From assembly GCA_029974275.1 (NCBI GenBank), contig JARKSN010000313.1, forward strand, positions 22,525 to 86,524: DNA of 64,000 nt. The letters run 5' to 3'. Origin of the DNA: Candidatus Hydrogenedentota bacterium. GTDB taxonomy: Bacteria; Hydrogenedentota; Hydrogenedentia; Hydrogenedentales; SLHB01. Below, one piece after another: positions 39,486 to 48,487 of the stretch. The position numbers and the translations under genes were made by a program. Numbering within the stretch: the first letter of the stretch is position 1; each line of letters opens with the position of its first letter. The notes under the pieces are model-generated. The model had not been told where the DNA came from. It saw only the letters and a list, made by a program, of their open reading frames with translations, and searched no databases.

Positions 39486-40403
39486 TCATGTTTCCATCGC
39501 GCCGACGAGCTTGTTTACGTCGTCGATCGCGTGACGGCTCAAATAGGCCGCGATTCCGCGGATCGCCTGCACCGGCGCGTCGGGCTGGCGGAAGGACATC
39601 GATCCGATGGACACGGCGCGCGCGCCTGCGAGCAGAAACTCGATGGCGTCGCTCGCGCGGCAGATGCCGCCGGCGCCGATGATCGGAATGCGCAACACGC
39701 GGGCGGCGTCCCATACCATCTTGAGCGCGACGGGTTTTATGCAGGGGCCGCTCAAGCCGCCGACGATGTTCGAGAGACGCGGGCGCCGCGTTTCCGCGTC
39801 GATGGCCATGCCCAGCAGCGTGTTGATGAGGCACACGCCGTCGGCCCCGGCCTCTTGGGCGGCCAGGGCGGGTTCGCGGATATCGAGGATGTTCGGGGTG
39901 AGCTTGATGAAGAGCGGCAGTTTGGTGGCGGAGCGTATGGTTCGGGTGTATTGCGCGACGCGCTCCGGGTCTTGGGCGACGAGCGGGGCGCCGCGCGTTG
40001 TTTTTGCGTCGTGCACGTTCGGACAGGACAGATTGGCTTCGATGGCGTCCGCCGCGCCGGCCGCTTCGAGACGGCGCGCGAGTTCCGCGTATTCGTCGGC
40101 GTTCGCGCCGTAGATGTTGGTGATGATCGTCGCGCCTTTTTCGCGCAGATACGGGGTCTTGTCGCGCAGGTAGGCGTCGATGCCCACGTTTTGCAGGCCG
40201 ATCGCGTTCAGGATGCCCGCGGGCGTCTCGACCAGTCGCGGCGGGCGATTTCCGGGGCGCGGATTGAGCGAGATGCTTTTCGTCGTGACGGCGCCAAGCG
40301 TCGCCACGTCGTAGTAGCGGTCGTATTCGCGGCCATAGCCGAAGGTGCCCGACGCGACCGTCACGGGGTTTTTCATGTTGAGGCCGCCGAGGTCGATGGC
40401 CAT
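39486..40403 (-). CDS. pyrD: Dihydroorotate dehydrogenase class 1B, catalytic subunit
   Basis: KNPVTVASGTFG, LNAIGLQN, EANLSCPN, KLTPN, GGLSG. Confidence 0.95.
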   Translation of the reverse strand: MAIDLGGLNMKNPVTVASGTFGYGREYDRYYDVATLGAVTTKSISLNPRPGNRPPRLVETPAGILNAIGLQNVGIDAYLRDKTPYLREKGATIITNIYGANADEYAELARRLEAAGAADAIEANLSCPNVHDAKTTRGAPLVAQDPERVAQYTRTIRSATKLPLFIKLTPNILDIREPALAAQEAGADGVCLINTLLGMAIDAETRRPRLSNIVGGLSGPCIKPVALKMVWDAARVLRIPIIGAGGICRASDAIEFLLAGARAVSIGSMSFRQPDAPVQAIRGIAAYLSRHAIDDVNKLVGAMET

Positions 40404-40413
40404 GTTGGGGGCG

Positions 40414-41229
40414 CTAGAGGTCGTAGGCAAAGTTATGTTTTTCCCAATCGATGAGCGCGGCATCGAACACCGGGCCGTCGAGACACACGCGCACCATGCG
40501 TTCGCCGTCGATCTCCCTCGTGGATTCGACGACGCAGCCGAGGCAGGCGCCGTCGCCGCAGGCCATCTGCGCTTCGAGCGAGACGAGGCAGTTTGCGCCG
40601 GCAGCCGCCGCGACGTTCGCGACGGTCTGCATCATGATCATCGGCCCGCACGCATACACGCGCGCGTCCGGGCCGGGGCTCAGTCGTTCGAGCGCCTGCG
40701 CGGCGTAGGCTTTTTCGCCTGCGGAGCCGTCGTCGGTCGCGATATGGAGCGTGCAGCCCATGTCGCGAAAGTCTTCTTCGCACAGCAGCAGGCTTCGGGT
40801 GCGCGCGGCCAGAATCACTTCCGGGGGGGCGCCGGTTTTGCGCGCAATCGCTTCGGTCAGCGCGGGGAAACACGCCACGCCGATGCCCCCGGCAACGATG
40901 ATGTGGCGTTGGAACGTCGTGTCGATGGGGAAGCCGTTGCCGAGGGGCCCTTGCAACGAAACCGTTTGCCCCGGCGCATGGCGCGAGAGGAGCCGCGTGC
41001 CTTCGCCCTCGATTTTGTACAGCAGGCTGACGACGCCGTCGTCGGGATGAATGCGTTCGAAGCACAAGGGCCTGCGCAGGAAGGGGTGCAATCCTTCGCT
41101 GACGAGCGTCATGACGAATTGGCCCGGTTGCGCCGCGGAGGCGATTTCCTGCGCGCGCACGCGCATGCGGAATTGGCCGGGCGCCACTTCCGCGTTCGAG
41201 AGGATGCGGCAATCGCTGAGGTATCGCAT
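40414..41229 (-). CDS. pyrK: Dihydroorotate dehydrogenase electron-transfer subunit
   Basis: PGQFV, LRRPL, GPLGNGF, ACGP, MACGDGACLGC...VCLDGPVF. Confidence 0.93.
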   Translation of the reverse strand: MRYLSDCRILSNAEVAPGQFRMRVRAQEIASAAQPGQFVMTLVSEGLHPFLRRPLCFERIHPDDGVVSLLYKIEGEGTRLLSRHAPGQTVSLQGPLGNGFPIDTTFQRHIIVAGGIGVACFPALTEAIARKTGAPPEVILAARTRSLLLCEEDFRDMGCTLHIATDDGSAGEKAYAAQALERLSPGPDARVYACGPMIMMQTVANVAAAAGANCLVSLEAQMACGDGACLGCVVESTREIDGERMVRVCLDGPVFDAALIDWEKHNFAYDL

Positions 41230-41230
41230 G

Positions 41231-42316
41231 TCAGCGCCTGATGCGTTCGAGGGCGAGTTGGTCGCGCAGGGTGTTGAGGCTCATGCGGATGCGTTCGGCC
41301 AATACCTCGCCGACGCCGTCGACTTCGCACAGGTCTTCCTTGGGGGCGCGCATGATCGCTTGCAACGAGCCGAAGCGCTGCACGAGGTTCTCGATGATTT
41401 GCGCGTTCAGGCGATGCGTCTGGGTGAGGATGCGATAGCCGCGCGAGCTGAGATAGGTGTCGATCGAGCGCAGGTTGGGTCCGTACCCGAGGGATTGGCT
41501 GATGCTGCCCAGGGTGAGCAGGTCTTGTTGCGATATTTCGCGCACTTTGTCGCGGACGTCTTCGTAGCTTTGGCCGGGACGCGGCCGGTAGTAGTCTTTG
41601 ATGACGAGTTCGGCTTCTTCGAGCGGGAAGATTAATTCCTTGAGTTGCAAGTCGATCAAGCGGCCTTCGGTGCCGAGTTCGAGCAGGTAGGGTTCGATCT
41701 CGAAGGCGATGCGGGCGACCATTTCGTAGCGTTGGACCGATTTGCACACGTCGAAGATGGTGACCATGTCCTGGAATTCGCGGGTGCTCAGGTCCTGGTT
41801 GGCCTGGTTCATCGTGTTGATGTATTTCTCGAGGGTCTGGATGGCTTGCGCGGCTTTGTTGAGCAGCGTGGGGATATTGTCCATGCCGTGCTTGATGTCG
41901 TGCACGTATAGGGTCACCGCGGAGCGTCGTTCCGACACGGCGACCACCACGCATTTGGCTTGTCGCGCCAAACGTCCCGCCGCGCGGTGGCGCGTGCCGG
42001 TTTCGTCGGAGGGGATCGAGTTGTCGGGCTTGAGGAATCGGTTCGCGTAGAGAATGCGCGTGGCGTCTTCGTCGCAGATGATGGCGCCGTCCATTTTCGA
42101 CAGTTCGTACAAGAGTTGGGGCGTGAAGGGCGCGTTCAATTCGACGCCGCCTTCGGAAAGGTCCGCCAGGCGTTTGGGTTCGCCTAGGCAAATGAGGGCT
42201 CCGTTGCCGCCTTGCAGGATCGCCGCGATCCCTTCCCGCAGGGCCGTGCCCGGCGAGACCATTAACAGCGCTTCGCGGTATGCTTCTTCGCTGTTTTTTT
42301 TGCGCAGTTTTGCCAT
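41231..42316 (-). CDS. disA: DNA integrity scanning diadenylate cyclase DisA
   Basis: PGTALREG, ELSKMDGA, GTRHR, C-terminal HhH motif VDGVG. Confidence 0.93.
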   Translation of the reverse strand: MAKLRKKNSEEAYREALLMVSPGTALREGIAAILQGGNGALICLGEPKRLADLSEGGVELNAPFTPQLLYELSKMDGAIICDEDATRILYANRFLKPDNSIPSDETGTRHRAAGRLARQAKCVVVAVSERRSAVTLYVHDIKHGMDNIPTLLNKAAQAIQTLEKYINTMNQANQDLSTREFQDMVTIFDVCKSVQRYEMVARIAFEIEPYLLELGTEGRLIDLQLKELIFPLEEAELVIKDYYRPRPGQSYEDVRDKVREISQQDLLTLGSISQSLGYGPNLRSIDTYLSSRGYRILTQTHRLNAQIIENLVQRFGSLQAIMRAPKEDLCEVDGVGEVLAERIRMSLNTLRDQLALERIRR

Positions 42317-42317
42317 G

Positions 42318-43679
42318 TCAACGCTCCATCGCCCATTCGATTGCCTGGGTTATGCCGGCGGCCGGCAGTAGATGCATCGCGTCGCCGTCGAGATCGCTCA
42401 TGCAGCCTCGCGGCAACACGCACGACGCAAACCCGAATTTCTTCGCCTCGGCCACGCGTTGCCGCGCGAGATCGACCGCGCGAATTTCGCCCGCGAGCCC
42501 TATCTCGCCAAAGGCCGCGAGGCCCGGCGGCAAGGGGACTTCGAGCAAACTCGACATGACCGCCAAGGCGACGGCGAGGTCGGTCGCGGGTTCGTCGAGC
42601 CGCACGCCGCCCGCCACGTTCACGAACACGTCGCGGTCGGAGACGTGCGCCCCGGCGCGTTTTTCGAGCACCGCGAGAATCAGCGACACGCGGTTGGGGT
42701 TCATGCCCGTCACCGTGCGGCGCGGCGTGCCCATCATGGCATCGCCCACGAGCGCCTGGACCTCGACCAACAACGGGCGCGTGCCTTCGACGCTCGGTAT
42801 CACGATCGAGCCGCTCACGCCTTTGGGCCGTTCGTTGAGGAACAGCGCGCTGGGATTGGGCACTTCCTTGAGCCCCGCCTCGGTCATTTCAAAGACGCCG
42901 ATCTCGTTGGTCGAGCCGAACCGGTTCTTGACCGCGCGCAGGATGCGCAGCGCCTGCTTGCCCTCGCCTTCGAAGTATAGAACGGTGTCCACCAGATGTT
43001 CCAGCAGCCGCGGACCTGCGATCGCGCCGTCCTTCGTCACGTGGCCGACGAGAAACACCGGCACGCCCGTGTCCTTTGCAATACGCAGGAACTCATTCGC
43101 GCACTCGCGCACCTGACCGACGCTGCCGGGCACGGCAGGCAACTGCGCGGTGTACATCGACTGAATGGAATCGACCACCACGAAACGGTAGTCGTTCTGC
43201 AGGATTTCCTTGCGGACGGATTCGACTTGCGTCTCCGTCAGGATGAGCAGGTCGTCGCACAAAGCGCCGAGTCGCGACGCGCGCAGGCGGGCCTGGTCGA
43301 AGGATTCTTCGCCGGAGACGTAGAGGGTGCGCCCGTGCGTGCTCGCGAGCGTGTGGCTGACCTGCAGCATCAGCGTCGATTTGCCGATGCCCGGGTCGCC
43401 GCCGATCAAGGTGAGACTTCCCGGCACCACGCCGCCGCCCAATACGCGGTCGCATTCGCTCATGCCGGTCAGCAGGCGGGGCGGGGCTTGTTGCGCGCGA
43501 TCGGTGATGGGGATGGGGCCCGCCGTCTCGCGATAGGTCTGGCGGACGTGATCACCTTCCTCGGCAATGCGCTCCTCGACGATGGTGTTCCACTCGCCGC
43601 ATTCGGCGCAGCGGCCCATCCACCGCGCAAGCACTACGCCGCAGGATTGACAGACAAATCTGGACTTTGGCTTGGCCAT
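42318..43679 (-). CDS. radA: DNA repair protein RadA/Sms
   Basis: Zn finger CQSC...CAEC, GDPGIGKST, KNRFG, Lon-like C-terminus. Confidence 0.96.
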   Translation of the reverse strand: MAKPKSRFVCQSCGVVLARWMGRCAECGEWNTIVEERIAEEGDHVRQTYRETAGPIPITDRAQQAPPRLLTGMSECDRVLGGGVVPGSLTLIGGDPGIGKSTLMLQVSHTLASTHGRTLYVSGEESFDQARLRASRLGALCDDLLILTETQVESVRKEILQNDYRFVVVDSIQSMYTAQLPAVPGSVGQVRECANEFLRIAKDTGVPVFLVGHVTKDGAIAGPRLLEHLVDTVLYFEGEGKQALRILRAVKNRFGSTNEIGVFEMTEAGLKEVPNPSALFLNERPKGVSGSIVIPSVEGTRPLLVEVQALVGDAMMGTPRRTVTGMNPNRVSLILAVLEKRAGAHVSDRDVFVNVAGGVRLDEPATDLAVALAVMSSLLEVPLPPGLAAFGEIGLAGEIRAVDLARQRVAEAKKFGFASCVLPRGCMSDLDGDAMHLLPAAGITQAIEWAMER

Positions 43680-43979
43680 GTGAGAAATCTCGGTTCCAAG
43701 GCTATCCGGAACACGCTGGAGGAGGGGCCAGCGGGGCAAGTATAGCATGTTCCGCGGGCGTGATCTCGCAAACGGATCAGGCCAATGCATGGCATTCTCG
43801 TTCCTTCGACGATATCCAAGCGCCCGCCGAAAACGCGGTTGGCACAGAGACCGGACGTTACGAAAAGCCTTCGCGGCATGTTGCGTGTGTCTTGAGGTGG
43901 TCGTGGTGATGGAAATTTGGAATGGAGTCACGGGCACGAAAAGACACAACGTTGGGGAGAGGAAGGGGCTTTCTGCGAA

Positions 43980-44041
43980 CTCCGCGTTCTCCGCGCCTTT
44001 GCGATAAGATTCTTCAACGCAGAGGCGCGGAGAACGCGGAG
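43980..44041. repeat. 24-bp inverted repeat (one mismatch) with 14-nt loop
   Basis: CTCCGCGTTCTCCGCGCCTTTGCG ... CGCAGAGGCGCGGAGAACGCGGAG. Confidence 0.8.
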
Positions 44042-44347
44042 AAGAGAAAAGAACCGCCCGGCACAACGAACGGGCGCTACACAAAAAGAGAAAGGAACGA
44101 GACGGCAAAAAACGGCGTGGAATAGGGAATGAAAAAACTCGGACAAACCGAAATGCCATGCGATTGGTCTGATGTCTCCTTGCGAAATCCCCGCAGCATG
44201 CGTTACTATTTGGACGGGGCAGGCACGCGATCGGCGCCGCATGCGACGGCGAGAAGCGGCCTATTCGGGCGCAAGAATGATTTCGAATGACAACCTCGCG
44301 CCGCCTAAAGACGGCTTCGCAATAAACCAGGAAGACGCGCCAGCGCA

Positions 44348-45421
44348 ATGACCAGCAACGACTCACAAAACGATCGAATGACCCCGGAAGAAGTGGAGAA
44401 GTTCCTCGCAGTAGGAGCGATCGCCACGTTCAATCCGCATCCGTCCCTCCCTCAAGAACAACGCTTCCGGACAGCCATCCGCGGCTGGAAACGAGGCGAG
44501 TACATCATCCTGGACATGCCCCCGCGTCAACATGCCGGGAGCGTTTATTTCAGAGACAAGCAACCCTGCTTGATTCACTTCTTCTACGAAGGAACCGCCT
44601 GCGGCTTTGACGCAGAAGTGCTTGAGATCCCCCGTTCCTCGGCCGGGGCCGAGTTCTGGGTGTCCTGGCCCGGCTACATTCACTCCGTGGCGGTGCGCCA
44701 ACACGAGCGCCTCAAAATATCGCTGCCCTGTACGCTAAACGACGATCACGGCACCACGTGCGCCGGAGAAATTCAGGATTTGAGCGAAGGCGGCTGCCTG
44801 GCCCGGGCGAACGTGGCGTTCAACAAAGGGGCCATCATCACCCTTCGCCTGGCTTTCCCCGACGGAGCCGCGGTCGATCCCATTCGCGCGGAAATCCGGA
44901 ACATGCGCGGAACCCCAGGCGGATACTTCATCGGCTGCGCGTTTCGCGAGGTAACCCCCACCACCAAAAGCAGCATTGCGTTCTACATCACCTCGGCCTA
45001 TTCCCTGCTCCGGGGAAAAATGACTCAAGGCCGGCGAACACTGCTCATCCAGGGAACAAGCAACCAAGACGTTTCACTCTTGGACGACGCAATCATGAAA
45101 TTCCGCGTCGACATGGTTGTGTCGTCAGGAGCCCTCGAAGGATTCCACCGGCTGCACGTGCTCCGTCCCATGGCCGTCCTGCTGGAAGCCGACGTGCCGC
45201 CGGACGCCGTGGCATTGGGAACGGTCATCAAGCAAACCCCCGGCTTCGAAAACACCTTGGTTTTCATATACGGCGGCGACGCCCAAACCCTTGCGCCTCG
45301 TATCGCCGCCGCGGGATTGGACGGCCATGTCCCGCTCGTAACCGACGCCAAACGGATCGATAGCCGGCCCTTCCAGATGGCGCTGGCCGGATTCTCGCCG
45401 AGCCCCCAGAAAAATCCCTGA
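44348..45421 (+). CDS. YcgR-like PilZ-domain c-di-GMP receptor with degenerate C-terminal receiver-like domain
   Basis: PilZN-like N-terminus; RQHER (RxxxR) and DLSEGG (DxSxxG). Confidence 0.8.
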   Translation: MTSNDSQNDRMTPEEVEKFLAVGAIATFNPHPSLPQEQRFRTAIRGWKRGEYIILDMPPRQHAGSVYFRDKQPCLIHFFYEGTACGFDAEVLEIPRSSAGAEFWVSWPGYIHSVAVRQHERLKISLPCTLNDDHGTTCAGEIQDLSEGGCLARANVAFNKGAIITLRLAFPDGAAVDPIRAEIRNMRGTPGGYFIGCAFREVTPTTKSSIAFYITSAYSLLRGKMTQGRRTLLIQGTSNQDVSLLDDAIMKFRVDMVVSSGALEGFHRLHVLRPMAVLLEADVPPDAVALGTVIKQTPGFENTLVFIYGGDAQTLAPRIAAAGLDGHVPLVTDAKRIDSRPFQMALAGFSPSPQKNP

Positions 45422-45504
45422 CCGCGAGAACCGCCTCGATCCATCGCCCTACCGGGCGATCGCGGCGCGCAAGACGCTCACGCAACAAGCAAAAGGAACA
45501 TTCC

Positions 45505-46446
45505 ATGTACAGGCCCGAAATCAAAATACTCGATTGCACCATCCGCGACGGCGGCCTGATGAACAATTGGAATTTCGACAAAGCCCTGGTCAAAGACGTG
45601 TTCCAGGGATTAGCCGAGGCAGGAATCGATTACGTCGAGCTCGGCTACCGGGCAGACAAACGCATTTTTCCCCCGGACCAAAACGGTCCATGGCGGTATT
45701 GCGACGAAGAACTCCTGCGCGAAGTCGCTTACGAGTGCCCAACGAAAATCAGCGTCATGTGCGACGTCGGACGCACCCGCTACGACGACTTCCTCCCCGC
45801 CTCCGAATCCATCGTCTCATTGGTCCGCGTGGCCTGTTACGTAAAAGAAATCGACAAAGCCATACACCTCGGCAATTTCCTGCAGGACCTGGGATATCAC
45901 GTTTCCGTCAACCTCATGGCCGTCTCGCACGTGCTCGAAATGGACCTCGACGACGCCCTGACGCAGCTCGCGGGCACTTCCTTCGACGTCGTCTACCTGG
46001 TCGACAGCTTCGGGTATCTACATTCACAACACATCCACTACCTCACCGAAAAATATCTAAAAGCTCTTCCAGGCAAGCAAATCGGAATTCACGGACACAA
46101 CAACCAACAGCTTGCGTTTTCGAACTCGATCGACGCCTTGCAGCGCGGAGCCAACTTTGTCGACGCCACAATCTTCGGCATTGGCCGCGCCGCAGGCAAC
46201 TGCCCCATCGAACTGATGATCGAGTTCCTCAAAAACCCCAAACTGAACGTGCGGCCCGTGCTCGATCTCATCGGAAAACACTTCCTCCGCCTACACCAGG
46301 AACTGCAATGGGGATACCACATCCCCTACGCCCTGGCGGGATGCCACAACAAACACCCTCGCTCCGCCTTGGCCGCCATGAAATCCGGCAACGCGAACCA
46401 GTTAGGCCGTTTTTACGACGACCTTCTCAGCGAAGACACCGTCTAA
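45505..46446 (+). CDS. DRE-TIM metallolyase (HMG-CoA lyase / 4-hydroxy-2-oxovalerate aldolase-like)
   Basis: LDCTIRDGG, LVDSFG, GIHGHNNQQLA, GIGRAAGN. Confidence 0.88.
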   Translation: MYRPEIKILDCTIRDGGLMNNWNFDKALVKDVFQGLAEAGIDYVELGYRADKRIFPPDQNGPWRYCDEELLREVAYECPTKISVMCDVGRTRYDDFLPASESIVSLVRVACYVKEIDKAIHLGNFLQDLGYHVSVNLMAVSHVLEMDLDDALTQLAGTSFDVVYLVDSFGYLHSQHIHYLTEKYLKALPGKQIGIHGHNNQQLAFSNSIDALQRGANFVDATIFGIGRAAGNCPIELMIEFLKNPKLNVRPVLDLIGKHFLRLHQELQWGYHIPYALAGCHNKHPRSALAAMKSGNANQLGRFYDDLLSEDTV

Positions 46447-46707
46447 AGACAACCGAAATGCGGCCGCACGACCACGTCCATTCCACACATAACAAAAAAC
46501 TATTTTCTTCGTAACACTGCAAACATTACGAAAATCGTCTCTGCATCCAGACAACACCCCCGCCCGACACGCAAGAAATCCGTGAATAGATATACTGTTT
46601 TTTCAATATTTTATTGTTTCAAATAAGACGATTGCAAGGTTGCCGACCAATCAAAACGTGCCACTTAACGGGGCGAAATGTTCATACTATGCAAAAGTAA
46701 ATAATTG

Positions 46708-46736
46708 TTGAATCGGGAAATCCTTTGTGATAGAAT
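46708..46736 (+). promoter_or_regulatory. sigma70 promoter with extended -10
   Basis: TTGAAT-17nt-TAGAAT with TG; AT-rich upstream region. Confidence 0.6.
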
Positions 46737-46756
46737 GAGAGACGAGGTGAGGTACA

Positions 46757-47179
46757 ATGTCTCATTACGATCTCAATGCAGCATGGGATGATCCCTTCGA
46801 TCATGTCAAAGAAAAACGGCGCGCGCGCCGTTTCAGGATCCCATTGCGCCTTTCTCTAACCGCGGAAAGTTCACAAACAGGATGCTCCATGGTGGGCCCC
46901 TGTGTCGTCCAGGATATTTCGCTGGGAGGAGTGAACGCCCTTACAAAGCACAAACTGACGCTGGGGCAAACCGTGCAACTGGCGATTCCAACAGCCAAAT
47001 GCCCTCCAGGAATGTGCCTGCCCGAAGAATTCATAGGCCCCGCCAAGGTCGTTCGCATAGCCCCCATCGATACCGGCCGCAGCATCGTGGCGCTTCGATT
47101 TAGCGACGAGCTTCAAAACAACATGGAATTCGCCGTCTTCATCGATTTCCTGGAGTCCGTATCCCGCGTGATGATCTGA
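46757..47179 (+). CDS. Stand-alone PilZ-domain protein
   Basis: EKRRARR, DISLGG, KVVR. Confidence 0.82.
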   Translation: MSHYDLNAAWDDPFDHVKEKRRARRFRIPLRLSLTAESSQTGCSMVGPCVVQDISLGGVNALTKHKLTLGQTVQLAIPTAKCPPGMCLPEEFIGPAKVVRIAPIDTGRSIVALRFSDELQNNMEFAVFIDFLESVSRVMI

Positions 47180-47264
47180 TTCAGATCGTTCCCGGGCGCC
47201 ATCGCCCAGCGCCCATCACGAAAACGCCCGGCGACATGCCTCGCCATAGGGGATCCAGGCGAAA

Positions 47265-48455
47265 TCAACATCCCCTAACGCAAGACGTGCTTCCCCGGCG
47301 CCCAAGCGCCTGTTCATACGCTTGCACGTATTTTTCCGCACAGGCCTGCATCGAAAACTGTTCTCGGAACCGCGAAGCCGCATCGCGCGCACATTGAAAA
47401 TGGAACGCATAGTTCGCGCGCAGCGCGCGCAGCGCCTCGGCGAATCCGGAAACGTCGTCCACGGGAACCAGACGCCACGCATCGCCCGGATGCAGAAATC
47501 GAATTTCCGGTATGTCCGAGGCCGTTATCGGAAGACCGCACGAGGCGGCCTCGGGCAATACATTGGGCAACCCCTCATAACGCGACGGAAAACAAAACAG
47601 GTCCGCAGCCCGAAGAGCGGGCCACGGCTCCGGTTGCTGCCCCAAAAAATGCGTTTGACCTTCGATGTGCAATGCGTGCGCCAACGCCTCCGCCTCGGGG
47701 CGCAAGGGACCATCGCCAACCAGCAACAACCGACACTGGGGATCGTTTCCAAAGGCCTGGGCAAAAGCTTGCAACAAAACGTCATGCGCTTTTTGGCCGC
47801 TCCGCAGTCCGCCCCCCAACCCTTCTCCTGCCCCAAACATCCTGCCGATATGCGCCACCACAAAAGCCTGATCCGGCAGGTTCCACGCGCGGCGAGCCAG
47901 CCGCTTTTCCTCCTCGGTGGTGACGGAGGGCTGCAACAACCCGCCATTGGGGATGGTGACGACGACGCTCCGCTGTTTATTTCCCATGAAGGCGGCATAC
48001 GCCTCGGCCACCTGCGGCGAGCAGGCGATGGTCGTGCGAAAGAAGAAATCGAGGTTTCTCACAATGCACGAAGAACGATGGCCACATTGATCCGTGTTGG
48101 CCAAACGGCGCACATACAGGGTATTGCCGCCGGTTCCGGTCATGTTGGCGACCGCGCAGGCGACTTCCGCAGGATAAAGATTCGCCTGGGCAATGTCGGG
48201 GCGCCAGGAACGGATCAGACGCCGCAGCCGCAGCAGATTGCCCAACGAGGCAGGCCGACGCACCTCCGCGCCGATGACCTCCACGCCCGCGTTCTGAAGA
48301 CGATCCAACAAAACCCGGCCGCGCGCGTCAAAAACGCCCGCCAACAAAAAAAAACGCACCTCCGCGCCCAGGGCAGCAAGGTGCACCCCCAGATTCGTGA
48401 CAAAACCCTCGGCCCCGCCCGCCGTCAAAGCGGGCAAAATTTGTAATACCTTCAT
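47265..48455 (-). CDS. Glycosyltransferase family 4
   Basis: GGAE, VGDGPLR, FPSRYEGLPNVLPEA. Confidence 0.92.
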   Translation of the reverse strand: MKVLQILPALTAGGAEGFVTNLGVHLAALGAEVRFFLLAGVFDARGRVLLDRLQNAGVEVIGAEVRRPASLGNLLRLRRLIRSWRPDIAQANLYPAEVACAVANMTGTGGNTLYVRRLANTDQCGHRSSCIVRNLDFFFRTTIACSPQVAEAYAAFMGNKQRSVVVTIPNGGLLQPSVTTEEEKRLARRAWNLPDQAFVVAHIGRMFGAGEGLGGGLRSGQKAHDVLLQAFAQAFGNDPQCRLLLVGDGPLRPEAEALAHALHIEGQTHFLGQQPEPWPALRAADLFCFPSRYEGLPNVLPEAASCGLPITASDIPEIRFLHPGDAWRLVPVDDVSGFAEALRALRANYAFHFQCARDAASRFREQFSMQACAEKYVQAYEQALGRRGSTSCVRGC

Positions 48456-48487
48456 GGAACGCCTACCTTCTTGCGTCGCCGCCACGG

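Noticed and set aside
43680..44366. Long N-terminal extension of radA in the ORF track
   Set aside because: RadA homology starts at MAKPKSRFVC (43679); the extension crosses intergenic repeats.
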